From Oscillospiraceae bacterium (GTDB lineage Bacteria > Bacillota > Clostridia > Oscillospirales > Oscillospiraceae), in contig JBGUZS010000177.1 of assembly GCA_045223835.1 (NCBI GenBank), forward strand, positions 1 through 55,644: 55,644 nucleotides of DNA, read 5' to 3'. How positions within the stretch are numbered: position 1 is the first letter of the stretch; each line of letters opens with the position of its first letter. Below are positions 36,332 to 44,129 of this stretch, in pieces. The notes under the pieces were generated by a model, which worked only from the letters and a program-made list of their open reading frames with translations, did not search any database and was not told where the DNA came from. The position numbers and the translations under genes are program-made.

Positions 36332-38071
36332 TCAGCCGCTGATGAAGGCCTCATAGGCTTCCTGATAGATCTCGGTCAGTGCATCGGAGCCGATGCTCTT
36401 TGCCCCCTGTACGTAGGAATCCCAGTCGCTCAGACTCTTGGAGCCGTCCACAAAGGAGAGATAGTTTTCCTGGAGATAGGTGCTGAGGTCTGATACGATC
36501 GACGTGATGCGTTCGCTTTGTTCCAACGTGTAAGAGATACCGGAGGGATATACGTACAGGTCATCATGAGGAACAGAATCCCAATCCTTGGTGTACTGGA
36601 TAGCAACCTCGTTGCCGGGGGCGTTCCAGGCATAGTTGATGTACAGCCCGGGTTCGCAGAGGCTGTTGAGAGCATAGGTGAGCATGATCATAGTCCAGCC
36701 GGCGGGAGATTCGGTAATAAACTCGGTGATGACCACATTGCCGGATTCATCATATTCCCAGCTCACGCCTTCCACGCCATATCCGTATAGGAAACTGCCC
36801 TCATCGCTGTAGCGCCAGTCGAGCCAGGTACAGGCCAGAGGGATGTTTTCGCAGGATGTGGAGATGCCGGCGCTGCCCCAGTACGGACGATCACACTGGA
36901 AGCCCATGTGCAGGGTTTGTCCCTCGTAGCGCTGGGGCTTGGTAATGGCTACCCAGCCATATTTTGCCCCCTCCGGGATGGCAGATTCGTTGGCCTTCAT
37001 AGTGGTAGCGCGGGTGCCGGCGATATATCCCAGTTGGCCGGTCATAATCTTGTCTCCAATGTCTGGGATGCTGCCGTAGGAAGTCCAGTTGGGGTCCAGA
37101 AGGCCTTCGCTGTACCACTGATAAATCATGGTCATCAGGTCGCGGTCATTTTCACCCAGGTTGCTGAGATGGACCTGACCGTCCACCACGTATTGGGTGT
37201 TGGTGACGCTGCAGCAGCAGTAGGTGTCATAGCCAACCCATTCAAAGGCGTTGGAGATTTCCAGAGAGCTTAGGAGCGTAGCGGGAGTTTCAACTTCTTT
37301 CTGCACCTTGAAGAAGGTGAACATCTCATGCAGGTCGTTGAATGTCTTGATGTCTGCATTGGTCTTGCCCATTTCCCACAGCCAGTCGCCGCGGGCGAAG
37401 GCACCGCTGCTCAGCTCTCTTTCTTTCCGCAGCTCATACATGAGGCAGATCAGATCCTTCTGCTTGAAGACCTTGCGGATGGTGTTCAGATCATCGGGGT
37501 CCTTTGTGACCTCATAGATGTAGTTGGGCAGGTACATCCGGTAGTCATAGAGATTAGCGAACCACCCCTCTTCCAGAACGGCCTTCTCTATGGGGTTGCT
37601 GTAGAAGGCTGCGGGGGTTGTCATAATATCCAGCAGGGCTTCGGATGCCATCAAGACGGCGAAATTCTCGCTGCGGTTTGCAGAGGGCACGATGGTGGTC
37701 TCCACGTGGACGCCAGTGCGTTTGAAGACCTCCTGGGCAAGGGGCATGGAATCATACCCATCTTCCGACAGATACTGTGGAGTATAGTTGCAGGTCCAGA
37801 TTGTGATGACCTCGTCGGAGGTCGTCAGGGGCAAGGGATAGTCATATGGCTCGAGAGCAAGGCCGTTAGCGTCAGCCTTGAATTTTCCCGCGGCAAAGTT
37901 GTACGGAGATTCTGGGTCCGGCTCTGAGGTCGGTGAGTTGGTCACACTGGGTAAGTCGGTTGCCTTGATTATCTCTGGGTCGCTGCTTGCCGACGGATTT
38001 GCATTGTTGCAGCCCGAGAAGAAGGTCAGGGTAAGCAGCATGGCAAACATGAGTGCCATCACTCGTTTCAT
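36332..38071 (-). CDS. Large family-1 extracellular solute-binding lipoprotein (LplA/YtcQ-type), orphan
   Basis: Start moved to ATG 38071 (AAAGGAG upstream). Signal peptide plus lipobox LTFFSGC, then a Ser/Pro linker. The mature part has at least nine Cys, including CCC (codons 37219-37211). There is no ABC permease or ATPase nearby. Confidence 0.85.
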   Translation of the reverse strand: MKRVMALMFAMLLTLTFFSGCNNANPSASSDPEIIKATDLPSVTNSPTSEPDPESPYNFAAGKFKADANGLALEPYDYPLPLTTSDEVITIWTCNYTPQYLSEDGYDSMPLAQEVFKRTGVHVETTIVPSANRSENFAVLMASEALLDIMTTPAAFYSNPIEKAVLEEGWFANLYDYRMYLPNYIYEVTKDPDDLNTIRKVFKQKDLICLMYELRKERELSSGAFARGDWLWEMGKTNADIKTFNDLHEMFTFFKVQKEVETPATLLSSLEISNAFEWVGYDTYCCCSVTNTQYVVDGQVHLSNLGENDRDLMTMIYQWYSEGLLDPNWTSYGSIPDIGDKIMTGQLGYIAGTRATTMKANESAIPEGAKYGWVAITKPQRYEGQTLHMGFQCDRPYWGSAGISTSCENIPLACTWLDWRYSDEGSFLYGYGVEGVSWEYDESGNVVITEFITESPAGWTMIMLTYALNSLCEPGLYINYAWNAPGNEVAIQYTKDWDSVPHDDLYVYPSGISYTLEQSERITSIVSDLSTYLQENYLSFVDGSKSLSDWDSYVQGAKSIGSDALTEIYQEAYEAFISG

Positions 38072-38157
38072 TTCATTTCTCCTTTCCCTGGTGTTATTGA
38101 TCAAAGTAGTGGCTGGAAGACGGTGAAAGCAGGCGCAGAAAACCGGCGCGGTCTTGA

Positions 38158-38760
38158 TCAGGTTTTTGCCTGCTCCGCCCGGTAAGCCAGAATCGCACCG
38201 GCAATCTTGTCATGAATGGATTCGCAGCAGGCGGGGAAACCGTCAAAAGCCCGGTGCAGGGCAATGCATTTTGTGCAGTTGCCATGGAAACGGCAGTCGG
38301 TCTTCTTACATCTGCATTTGACATTTTCGGGATCGCGTACGAGCTCATGCCACACAGCCGCACGCTTACGGCCCTCCTCCGCAGCGTTGGGATCGTGCTT
38401 CATTGCCTCAGCGATACGATTGTGATAATCCTCCCGGTTGATGGCAATGGATTGATTATTGTTCATGTGGGCGTGGATATTATGCCGTTTTTCTAATGGA
38501 ACCTCTGCAGAGAGCTTGTCATCAACGATCCGCAGACAATCCGGCAGACTGCCGTAACTGCGGTGGGTTGCCATACAAAACTGACAGTTGTGGTTGTTTT
38601 CACAAAAATGGCGAGGGCAGGTACAGGTCAGGTTCTTTGCCACACCCACGACTGCATCCCATTCCCGGCGAAGCTTCTCCTTCTGCTCCTCAGTCATATC
38701 ATCCCAGCGGATTCCCGTGGGATTGAGCTTGCGTAAGTGTTCCTTCAATAGCTCGTTCAT
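38158..38760 (-). CDS. Two-module Cys6His2-rich protein, paralog 1 (200 aa), function unknown
   Basis: Strong SD (GGAGG). The modules are CTCPRHFCENNHNCQFCMATHRSYGSLPDC and CRCKKTDCRFHGNCTKCIALHRAFDGFPAC. It lies 86 nt upstream of the SBP gene with no terminator in between. Confidence 0.8.
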   Translation of the reverse strand: MNELLKEHLRKLNPTGIRWDDMTEEQKEKLRREWDAVVGVAKNLTCTCPRHFCENNHNCQFCMATHRSYGSLPDCLRIVDDKLSAEVPLEKRHNIHAHMNNNQSIAINREDYHNRIAEAMKHDPNAAEEGRKRAAVWHELVRDPENVKCRCKKTDCRFHGNCTKCIALHRAFDGFPACCESIHDKIAGAILAYRAEQAKT

Positions 38761-38903
38761 TTGTTAACCTCCTATCCTTCAGCCTATCTTCTGCGAAACC
38801 CCAAAACAGCATTCAGCTGTAAAAAGGTTGTACCTGCTTACTAACAGCATAATCAAGCCAAGGGAAAATTGCATTTTTCTTTGTCGGCAGAATGTTCGCA
38901 AAA

Positions 38904-38925
38904 ATTGAACGATTGAAGAATCAAT
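38904..38925. promoter_or_regulatory. Candidate LysR-type dyad in the divergent spacer
   Basis: ATTGA-N12-TCAAT (38904-38925) within the AT-rich 292-bp spacer between paralog 1 and lysR. Confidence 0.3.
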
Positions 38926-39052
38926 ACGCTGGACATATCGAAAGAAGGCGTGATATATTAAAATAAATTGTATATAATATTTAATAATTATTACATTATG
39001 GTGCTTCGTTGTAGCAACAGACGGCTGTTTCCATTCTGATCGAGGGGATAAC

Positions 39053-39967
39053 ATGGATATTACGCAATTGCAATATTTTAAAAAGCTTGCGGAGACCGAA
39101 CACCTGACAAAAACAGCAGAGGAGCTCTATATATCCCCTTCCACACTCAGCATGTCTATCAGCAGACTGGAAGAGGAGCTGGGCGTTCCCTTATTCAGCC
39201 GGATAGGCCGCGGTATACGCCTGAACAGTTATGGCGTGGCTTTCCTGGTCGAGGTGAATAAGGCGCTGGATACCATCAACCGGGGCATCAAGCACCTGGA
39301 GCAGATGAAACGGAATGCCAGAATGCAAATTCGGCTGATTACCCCTACCATTGTCGGATTTCAGGGTTTGATGCTGGAGCTTGAGCAATTGTTCCCGGAT
39401 ATCGTGCTGAATTCGAGCCAGTCAACAATCAGCAATATTGTGCCTCTGTTTTTGCAGGGAGACGTAGATTTTTGCATTATCGCCATGGAACTTCTCTCAG
39501 CAGAACTGGAAGGATGCGTTCTGATGCACCAGGATATGGGATTAGTGGTTTCCGAATCCAGTCCCTTTGCTGAACGCAGTTCCGTGACCGTTGAAGAGAT
39601 CGCCGAGCTGGATTATGCTGCCTATCCTCAGGATCATACCCAGCGCACATTGTTAAACAGAATGCTTTCTCAGAAGGGGTTTCTGGCTTCTGTCACCTAT
39701 GAATCTGACAATTATTTCGAACTGCTGCGCACGGCATCCTTCGGAAAGCACGCGTTGATCATTGTGCGTAAAGTATATGACAACTATCCGATACACGGGC
39801 TTCGGTATATCCCCATTGCGGATGCCGACGTTAACGCGGATCTCCGGCTTTACTGGCTGCGCAACAGGCCTGGGATACCAGAAAGACCCTTGGTTAGCTC
39901 GGTAAAGGAAATCATCCTTCGGCACTTTCACGTGGAGAAAAATACCGGCCTTTCCGCCGCACTTTAA
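39053..39967 (+). CDS. LysR-family transcriptional regulator
   Basis: 304 aa. N-terminal HTH LQYFKKLAETEHLTKTAEELYISPSTLSMSISRLEEELGVPLF plus a substrate-binding domain. Divergent from paralog 1. Confidence 0.92.
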   Translation: MDITQLQYFKKLAETEHLTKTAEELYISPSTLSMSISRLEEELGVPLFSRIGRGIRLNSYGVAFLVEVNKALDTINRGIKHLEQMKRNARMQIRLITPTIVGFQGLMLELEQLFPDIVLNSSQSTISNIVPLFLQGDVDFCIIAMELLSAELEGCVLMHQDMGLVVSESSPFAERSSVTVEEIAELDYAAYPQDHTQRTLLNRMLSQKGFLASVTYESDNYFELLRTASFGKHALIIVRKVYDNYPIHGLRYIPIADADVNADLRLYWLRNRPGIPERPLVSSVKEIILRHFHVEKNTGLSAAL

Positions 39968-40169
39968 GGTGAGGGAAAAGCCGGTTTCCATTTTATCGGT
40001 TGATTTTCTTCGGACTGTTCAAGAATGGCGAACGATTCTGGCAAAACCCAAATTGATTTTCCCCCTTTCTCCGATTAACGTATTATATAAGAATAAAGAT
40101 TAGGCCATATGATTCATTCCAGATACCTGGCTGGATTGAAACAAGCAGACGAAGAAATGAGGTGAAAAA

Positions 40170-40799
40170 ATGGGAAGGTCCAGTGATGAGCACTTGGCTA
40201 AATTGAACACCCTAGGTATCCCCTGGAAGGAGATGACTGAGGAACAGAAGCTGCAGCAGCGCAAGGAATGGGATAAGATTGTCAGCGATCCCAATGAGTT
40301 ATACTGCACCTGCCCCCGGACAGGCTGCCGCAACAACCACAACTGCAAACAGTGCGTTACACTCCACCGCTATTTTGACGGATATCCGGATTGCCTCCGG
40401 CCTTTGGATGATGTGCTCCAGGCGGGAGTACCTCAGGAAAAAAGGTATAACATGCATTACAAAATCCAGTCCGGCGGGGGAAATGATCAGTCCGGGCTGG
40501 TCGATCCCCACGATCCTGATGGTTCCCGGGAACGCCTCATCAAGGCGCGGGAAGCGGCCGGCTTGGATATGGTCGGCATAATGAATGCTTGGAACAAGAT
40601 CGCCCAGGACCCGAAGAACCAGGCATGCCGCTGCAAGAACGTGGATTGCTGGTATCACGGAAACTGCGTTAAGTGCATTGCGCTGCACCGGCATTTCGGT
40701 GGTTTTCCCGCCTGTGACCGGTACATCATGGATATGATCGACGAGACGGTGGATGCTTACTGGGCGGAGCAGGACGGCAGACCTGAGAAGACGAGATAA
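40170..40799 (+). CDS. Two-module Cys6His2-rich protein, paralog 2 (209 aa)
   Basis: SD GAGGTG 5 nt upstream. The modules are CTCPRTGCRNNHNCKQCVTLHRYFDGYPDC and CRCKNVDCWYHGNCVKCIALHRHFGGFPAC. Confidence 0.82.
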   Translation: MGRSSDEHLAKLNTLGIPWKEMTEEQKLQQRKEWDKIVSDPNELYCTCPRTGCRNNHNCKQCVTLHRYFDGYPDCLRPLDDVLQAGVPQEKRYNMHYKIQSGGGNDQSGLVDPHDPDGSRERLIKAREAAGLDMVGIMNAWNKIAQDPKNQACRCKNVDCWYHGNCVKCIALHRHFGGFPACDRYIMDMIDETVDAYWAEQDGRPEKTR

Positions 40800-40843
40800 A
40801 TCAGAATGGAAAACACGAGAAAAAGAATAGTGAGGTGTTTTGC

Positions 40844-41464
40844 ATGGGAAGAACGAATGACGAGCATCTGACCAAATTGAACACTTTGGGTATCCCGTGG
40901 GAAGAGATGACAGAGGAACAGAAGCTGCAGCAACGTAAGGAATGGGATAAGATCGTCGGCGACCCCAATGAGCTGTATTGTACCTGCCCTCGGACCGGCT
41001 GCCGCAACAACCACAACTGCAGCCAATGCGTCACCCTTCATCGCTTCTACGACGGATTTCCTGATTGCCTGCGTCCCTTTGACGAGAAGATGCAGGAGGG
41101 TGTCCCCGCTGAGTTTCGCTACAATATGCATTATAAGATCCAGTCCGATGGGAACGATGCCTCCATCATTGATCCCCATGATCCTGACGGTTCCCGGGCC
41201 AGACTCTTCCAACAAGCAGCCAAGGAAGGCGTGGATCGCGGTGTCGAGGTGGCGAACAAGTGGCAGAAAATTGCCCAGGATCCGAAGAACCGGGCCTGCC
41301 GCTGCAAGAACGTGGACTGCTGGTATCACGGCAACTGCGTGAAGTGCATTGCCCTGCACAGACACTTCGGCGGCTTCCCCGCCTGTGACCGGTATATCGT
41401 GGATATGATCGAAGAGAAGGTCGATGCCTACTGGGCGGAGCACGGCGGCAGACCGGAAGCCTGA
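40844..41464 (+). CDS. Two-module Cys6His2-rich protein, paralog 3 (206 aa)
   Basis: Start moved to ATG 40844 (GAGGTG 6 nt upstream; the track start at 40835 is GTG). It is roughly four-fifths identical to paralog 2 by eye. Confidence 0.82.
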   Translation: MGRTNDEHLTKLNTLGIPWEEMTEEQKLQQRKEWDKIVGDPNELYCTCPRTGCRNNHNCSQCVTLHRFYDGFPDCLRPFDEKMQEGVPAEFRYNMHYKIQSDGNDASIIDPHDPDGSRARLFQQAAKEGVDRGVEVANKWQKIAQDPKNRACRCKNVDCWYHGNCVKCIALHRHFGGFPACDRYIVDMIEEKVDAYWAEHGGRPEA

Positions 41465-41481
41465 ATAAGAATTGTAAAAGC

Positions 41482-41504
41482 CCCCCGGCTCATGGAGCCG
41501 GGGG
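41482..41504. terminator. Bidirectional terminator (right border of island 2)
   Basis: CCCCCGGCTC, a 3-nt loop, then GAGCCGGGGG. An A-tract precedes it on the plus strand, which reads as a T-tract after the stem on the minus strand. Confidence 0.65.
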
Positions 41505-41525
41505 ACTATCGCGCTTCCGCGGTTA

Positions 41526-42416
41526 TCAGTGCGCGCTGAGGGTGATGAAGACATAGGGCTTGTCTATCTTCCTGAAATACAGGGGCAGATGGGGCGCGCC
41601 CTTCTGCAGGGCCATGGCGGTGGATTTGGTCAGGAGGTAATGCTCCAGCTCCTCTTCCTCCCCGCAGCAGATATCCACCTCCCCGTGGAGATCCGTCAGG
41701 TTATCCGTATCCATGCTCAGGAAGATGAGGGCCTCTTCGTAATCCTGATGGGTATGGGGATGGTGCTTCCCATCGGGTCCCCAGGGGCCCAGGAAGCCGG
41801 GGGCGGCGATGGTGGTCCAGGCCATGGTGATCTTCTTTTCCTCCCCGGCGCTGTAGAAGGTGGAATAGCCCCCCAGGGCCTGCTGCCGCTCAGAGCCGTA
41901 ATGATAAGGCTCATAGGCGGAGAAGCTCAGGGCATGGACATTCCGGGCAAATTCCCCGAAGAAGCGGGCCCAGGGGCCGGTCTCCGGCTTCGCCGCGTCG
42001 TCCGCGATGTCGGCGGCCAGCTTCCCGGTGCAGTTGAGGGAGAGGAAGAAGAAGGGCCGGTCGACGCGCTTCACGATGGGGGAGAAGTGAGGCGTCCCCT
42101 TGGGAAGATAGATGGTATGGGGCGTGGCCATCCGGTGGCGGATTCCCTCCGTTCCCAGGTCGACCTCCAGCTCCGCCCCCAGGTGGAGCATGTCCTCCGG
42201 GTCGGCGCTGAGGAACCAGAGCACCTGGTCATAGTCATGGGTATGCAGCTTCTCCGTCTCCTCCGGGATCATGCCGCAGCCGTCCACCAGGCAATAGCGT
42301 ACGGAGATGCCGTCATAATCGAAGAAGTCCTGCTCCAGCAGCGCCCCCAGCTTGACGATCCCCTCCCTGCCATGGATGGGGATCTCTTTTTTCATGGATT
42401 CATACTTGCCGCTCAT
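41526..42416 (-). CDS. Hypothetical protein with internal duplication (two cupin-like halves)
   Basis: 296 aa. SD GGAGGATGA. Half 1 reads KLHTHDYDQVLWFLSADPEDMLHLGAELEV...YLPKGTPHFSP...RPFFFLSL. Half 2 reads HPHTHQDYEEALIFLSMDTDNLTDLHGEVDI...ALQKGAPHLPL...KPYVFITL. Confidence 0.7.
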   Translation of the reverse strand: MSGKYESMKKEIPIHGREGIVKLGALLEQDFFDYDGISVRYCLVDGCGMIPEETEKLHTHDYDQVLWFLSADPEDMLHLGAELEVDLGTEGIRHRMATPHTIYLPKGTPHFSPIVKRVDRPFFFLSLNCTGKLAADIADDAAKPETGPWARFFGEFARNVHALSFSAYEPYHYGSERQQALGGYSTFYSAGEEKKITMAWTTIAAPGFLGPWGPDGKHHPHTHQDYEEALIFLSMDTDNLTDLHGEVDICCGEEEELEHYLLTKSTAMALQKGAPHLPLYFRKIDKPYVFITLSAH

Positions 42417-42478
42417 GGAATCATCCTCCGTTCATTTGATCCTGTAACAATATCATAACAGAACAGAGAAAAAACACA

Positions 42479-42505
42479 AGTCCCGCGCATCAGAAACGCG
42501 GGACT
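42479..42505 (-). terminator. Terminator of the ylxM...trmD-ABC transcription unit
   Basis: AGTCCCGCG, a 9-nt loop, then CGCGGGACT. TGTGTTTTTTCTCTG follows on the minus strand. Confidence 0.75.
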
Positions 42506-42529
42506 TGTTTGCATCCGTGAAGACAGGCG

Positions 42530-44128
42530 TTACAGCGTCCGGAACAGTTTCGCTCCCTTGGTGTCCAGCCAGCGCAGGAAGAACGCCCCCGCAGCCGCCA
42601 GCAGGACGATCCAGAGCAGAAGGTAGACTCCTGCGCCGATACGCCAGCCGATGAGCAGATACAGTCCTGCCAAGGCGACGCTCAGCGCCCAGCTGCCGAA
42701 CAGGACGATCCCTACGGCGGCGCTTTGCTTGATGGGAGCCAGCTCATTCGTCCAGTTGAGCAGAGGCAGACGGACGCCCACGGCGGCGCCGAAGACGGCA
42801 AAGAAGGCTGAATAGACCAGGGGCGTCAGCACGCACAGCAGCCGCAGGGCAGGGGAGGCCTCCAGGACCGCCGCGCCGCACAGGGCCGCAAAGATCATGG
42901 GGAGAAGGGTAAAAAGCAGCTGCAGAGCGGCCTTGGATCGGAGCACGGTTTTGGGCTCAACGGGCAGGGACTGGGGAATCCACAGGCTTTTTCCCTCCAG
43001 GGAGACGGAGGGGGCTGCCATGGTGTTCATGGAGGAAAGTATGCAGAGAACGGTACAGACCAGCACGGCGGCGGTGCCCGGTCGGGCGGCAAATACGGTG
43101 CCGAGAAGGCCCAGGATCTCCCGGCCTTTGATCAGCAGCAGGACGCCGCAGGCGGGAATGAACAGGACGCCTATGCCGCAGTTGAGCATATAGTTGGGGC
43201 TGGAGGTGAATCGGGCCAGTTCTTTGCCCAGGAGCGCCCGGGCAGGGCTTTTTACCTTCGTCGTCTTTTCCCGGTAAATGACCTTCCCCGTTTTTCCGCC
43301 CATGGTGGCGATTTTCAGGAAACTGCGGGTCAGGACGATCCATACCAGGGCGAAAACCGCCGCGGTGACTGCGGTGAAGACCACCGCCCAGAGCCAGTCC
43401 CCCTCCCCGATGCGGCCGAAAAGGTAGAGACCGTAGGCTGCGCCTTTGATCCGTGCGCCGTAGATTGCCACATTCTGAAGCATGTCCTGGATGAGGCTGC
43501 TGGCCCGGAAATAGACGAAGTAATACAGGGCGATGAAAACCAAAGCGGCCAGGACCGTGATGAAGCTCTTGTTCTTCAGCCTGAGGCTGATCCTGGCCAC
43601 CACCCAGCCCAGGAGGCAGGAGAGGATGAGCACGATGAAGCTCACGATCAGGAACAGGAGCAAGCCGCAGATCACCTTGGCAGCAGCGGCGCCGGCCACG
43701 ATCCAGTAGACGATCAGCATGGGCAGGAGTACGACGGCTGAATACAGGGTCCCCATGAGGTAGACGTTCACCAACCGGGCGGAGATGATGGTCCGCACCG
43801 GGATGGGAAGGGAAAGCAGCTGGTCGTTATCTTTGGAAAGGTACAGGCCGGAATAGGTGCTGAACACGCTGCCGAAGGCCCCCAGCACAATGGCGATGCC
43901 GCTCATCAGGAGGAAATACAGCCAGCCCATCCCCGCCCCGACCAGGCTGCCGCAGAGGCTGAGGGAGAGGGCGGTGAACATGCCCCCCAGGACGCCGACC
44001 ATGACGACGAAAAAGAAGAGGAACCAGGCGATCACCGCCCCCTTGGAGCGCATGCGGTTTTTCTTCGCGTCGTAGAAATAGCTCTTGAATACCTCCGAGA
44101 GCTGTTTTTTCAGCAGGAGCTTCAGCAT
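42530..44128 (-). CDS. Large multi-TM ABC exporter permease (ABC-2/putative-ABC-exporter type)
   Basis: 532 aa, with about 12 or more hydrophobic helices. It starts 2 nt after the ATPase stop. Confidence 0.75.
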   Translation of the reverse strand: MLKLLLKKQLSEVFKSYFYDAKKNRMRSKGAVIAWFLFFFVVMVGVLGGMFTALSLSLCGSLVGAGMGWLYFLLMSGIAIVLGAFGSVFSTYSGLYLSKDNDQLLSLPIPVRTIISARLVNVYLMGTLYSAVVLLPMLIVYWIVAGAAAAKVICGLLLFLIVSFIVLILSCLLGWVVARISLRLKNKSFITVLAALVFIALYYFVYFRASSLIQDMLQNVAIYGARIKGAAYGLYLFGRIGEGDWLWAVVFTAVTAAVFALVWIVLTRSFLKIATMGGKTGKVIYREKTTKVKSPARALLGKELARFTSSPNYMLNCGIGVLFIPACGVLLLIKGREILGLLGTVFAARPGTAAVLVCTVLCILSSMNTMAAPSVSLEGKSLWIPQSLPVEPKTVLRSKAALQLLFTLLPMIFAALCGAAVLEASPALRLLCVLTPLVYSAFFAVFGAAVGVRLPLLNWTNELAPIKQSAAVGIVLFGSWALSVALAGLYLLIGWRIGAGVYLLLWIVLLAAAGAFFLRWLDTKGAKLFRTL

Positions 44129-44129
44129 C

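Larger units (their letters stand above)
36276..41480. other. AT-richer ~5.2 kb accessory island (island 2)
   Basis: There is a visible G+C drop between two bidirectional terminators. It contains an SBP, three Cys/His-rich paralogs and LysR. No mobility genes and no flanking repeats were seen. Confidence 0.65.

Noticed and set aside
38779-39054. 91-aa minus-strand ORF in the paralog 1/LysR divergent spacer
   Set aside because: It lies in AT-rich promoter DNA, has no SD and an Ile/Phe/Tyr-biased composition typical of random AT-rich frames, and overlaps the likely promoters and operators.
40299-41554. Minus-strand ORFs 40299-40694 and 40757-41554 opposite paralogs 2 and 3
   Set aside because: The plus-strand genes have SDs and conserved Cys/His modules shared with paralog 1. 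The minus-strand frames show no motif and one crosses the bidirectional terminator.
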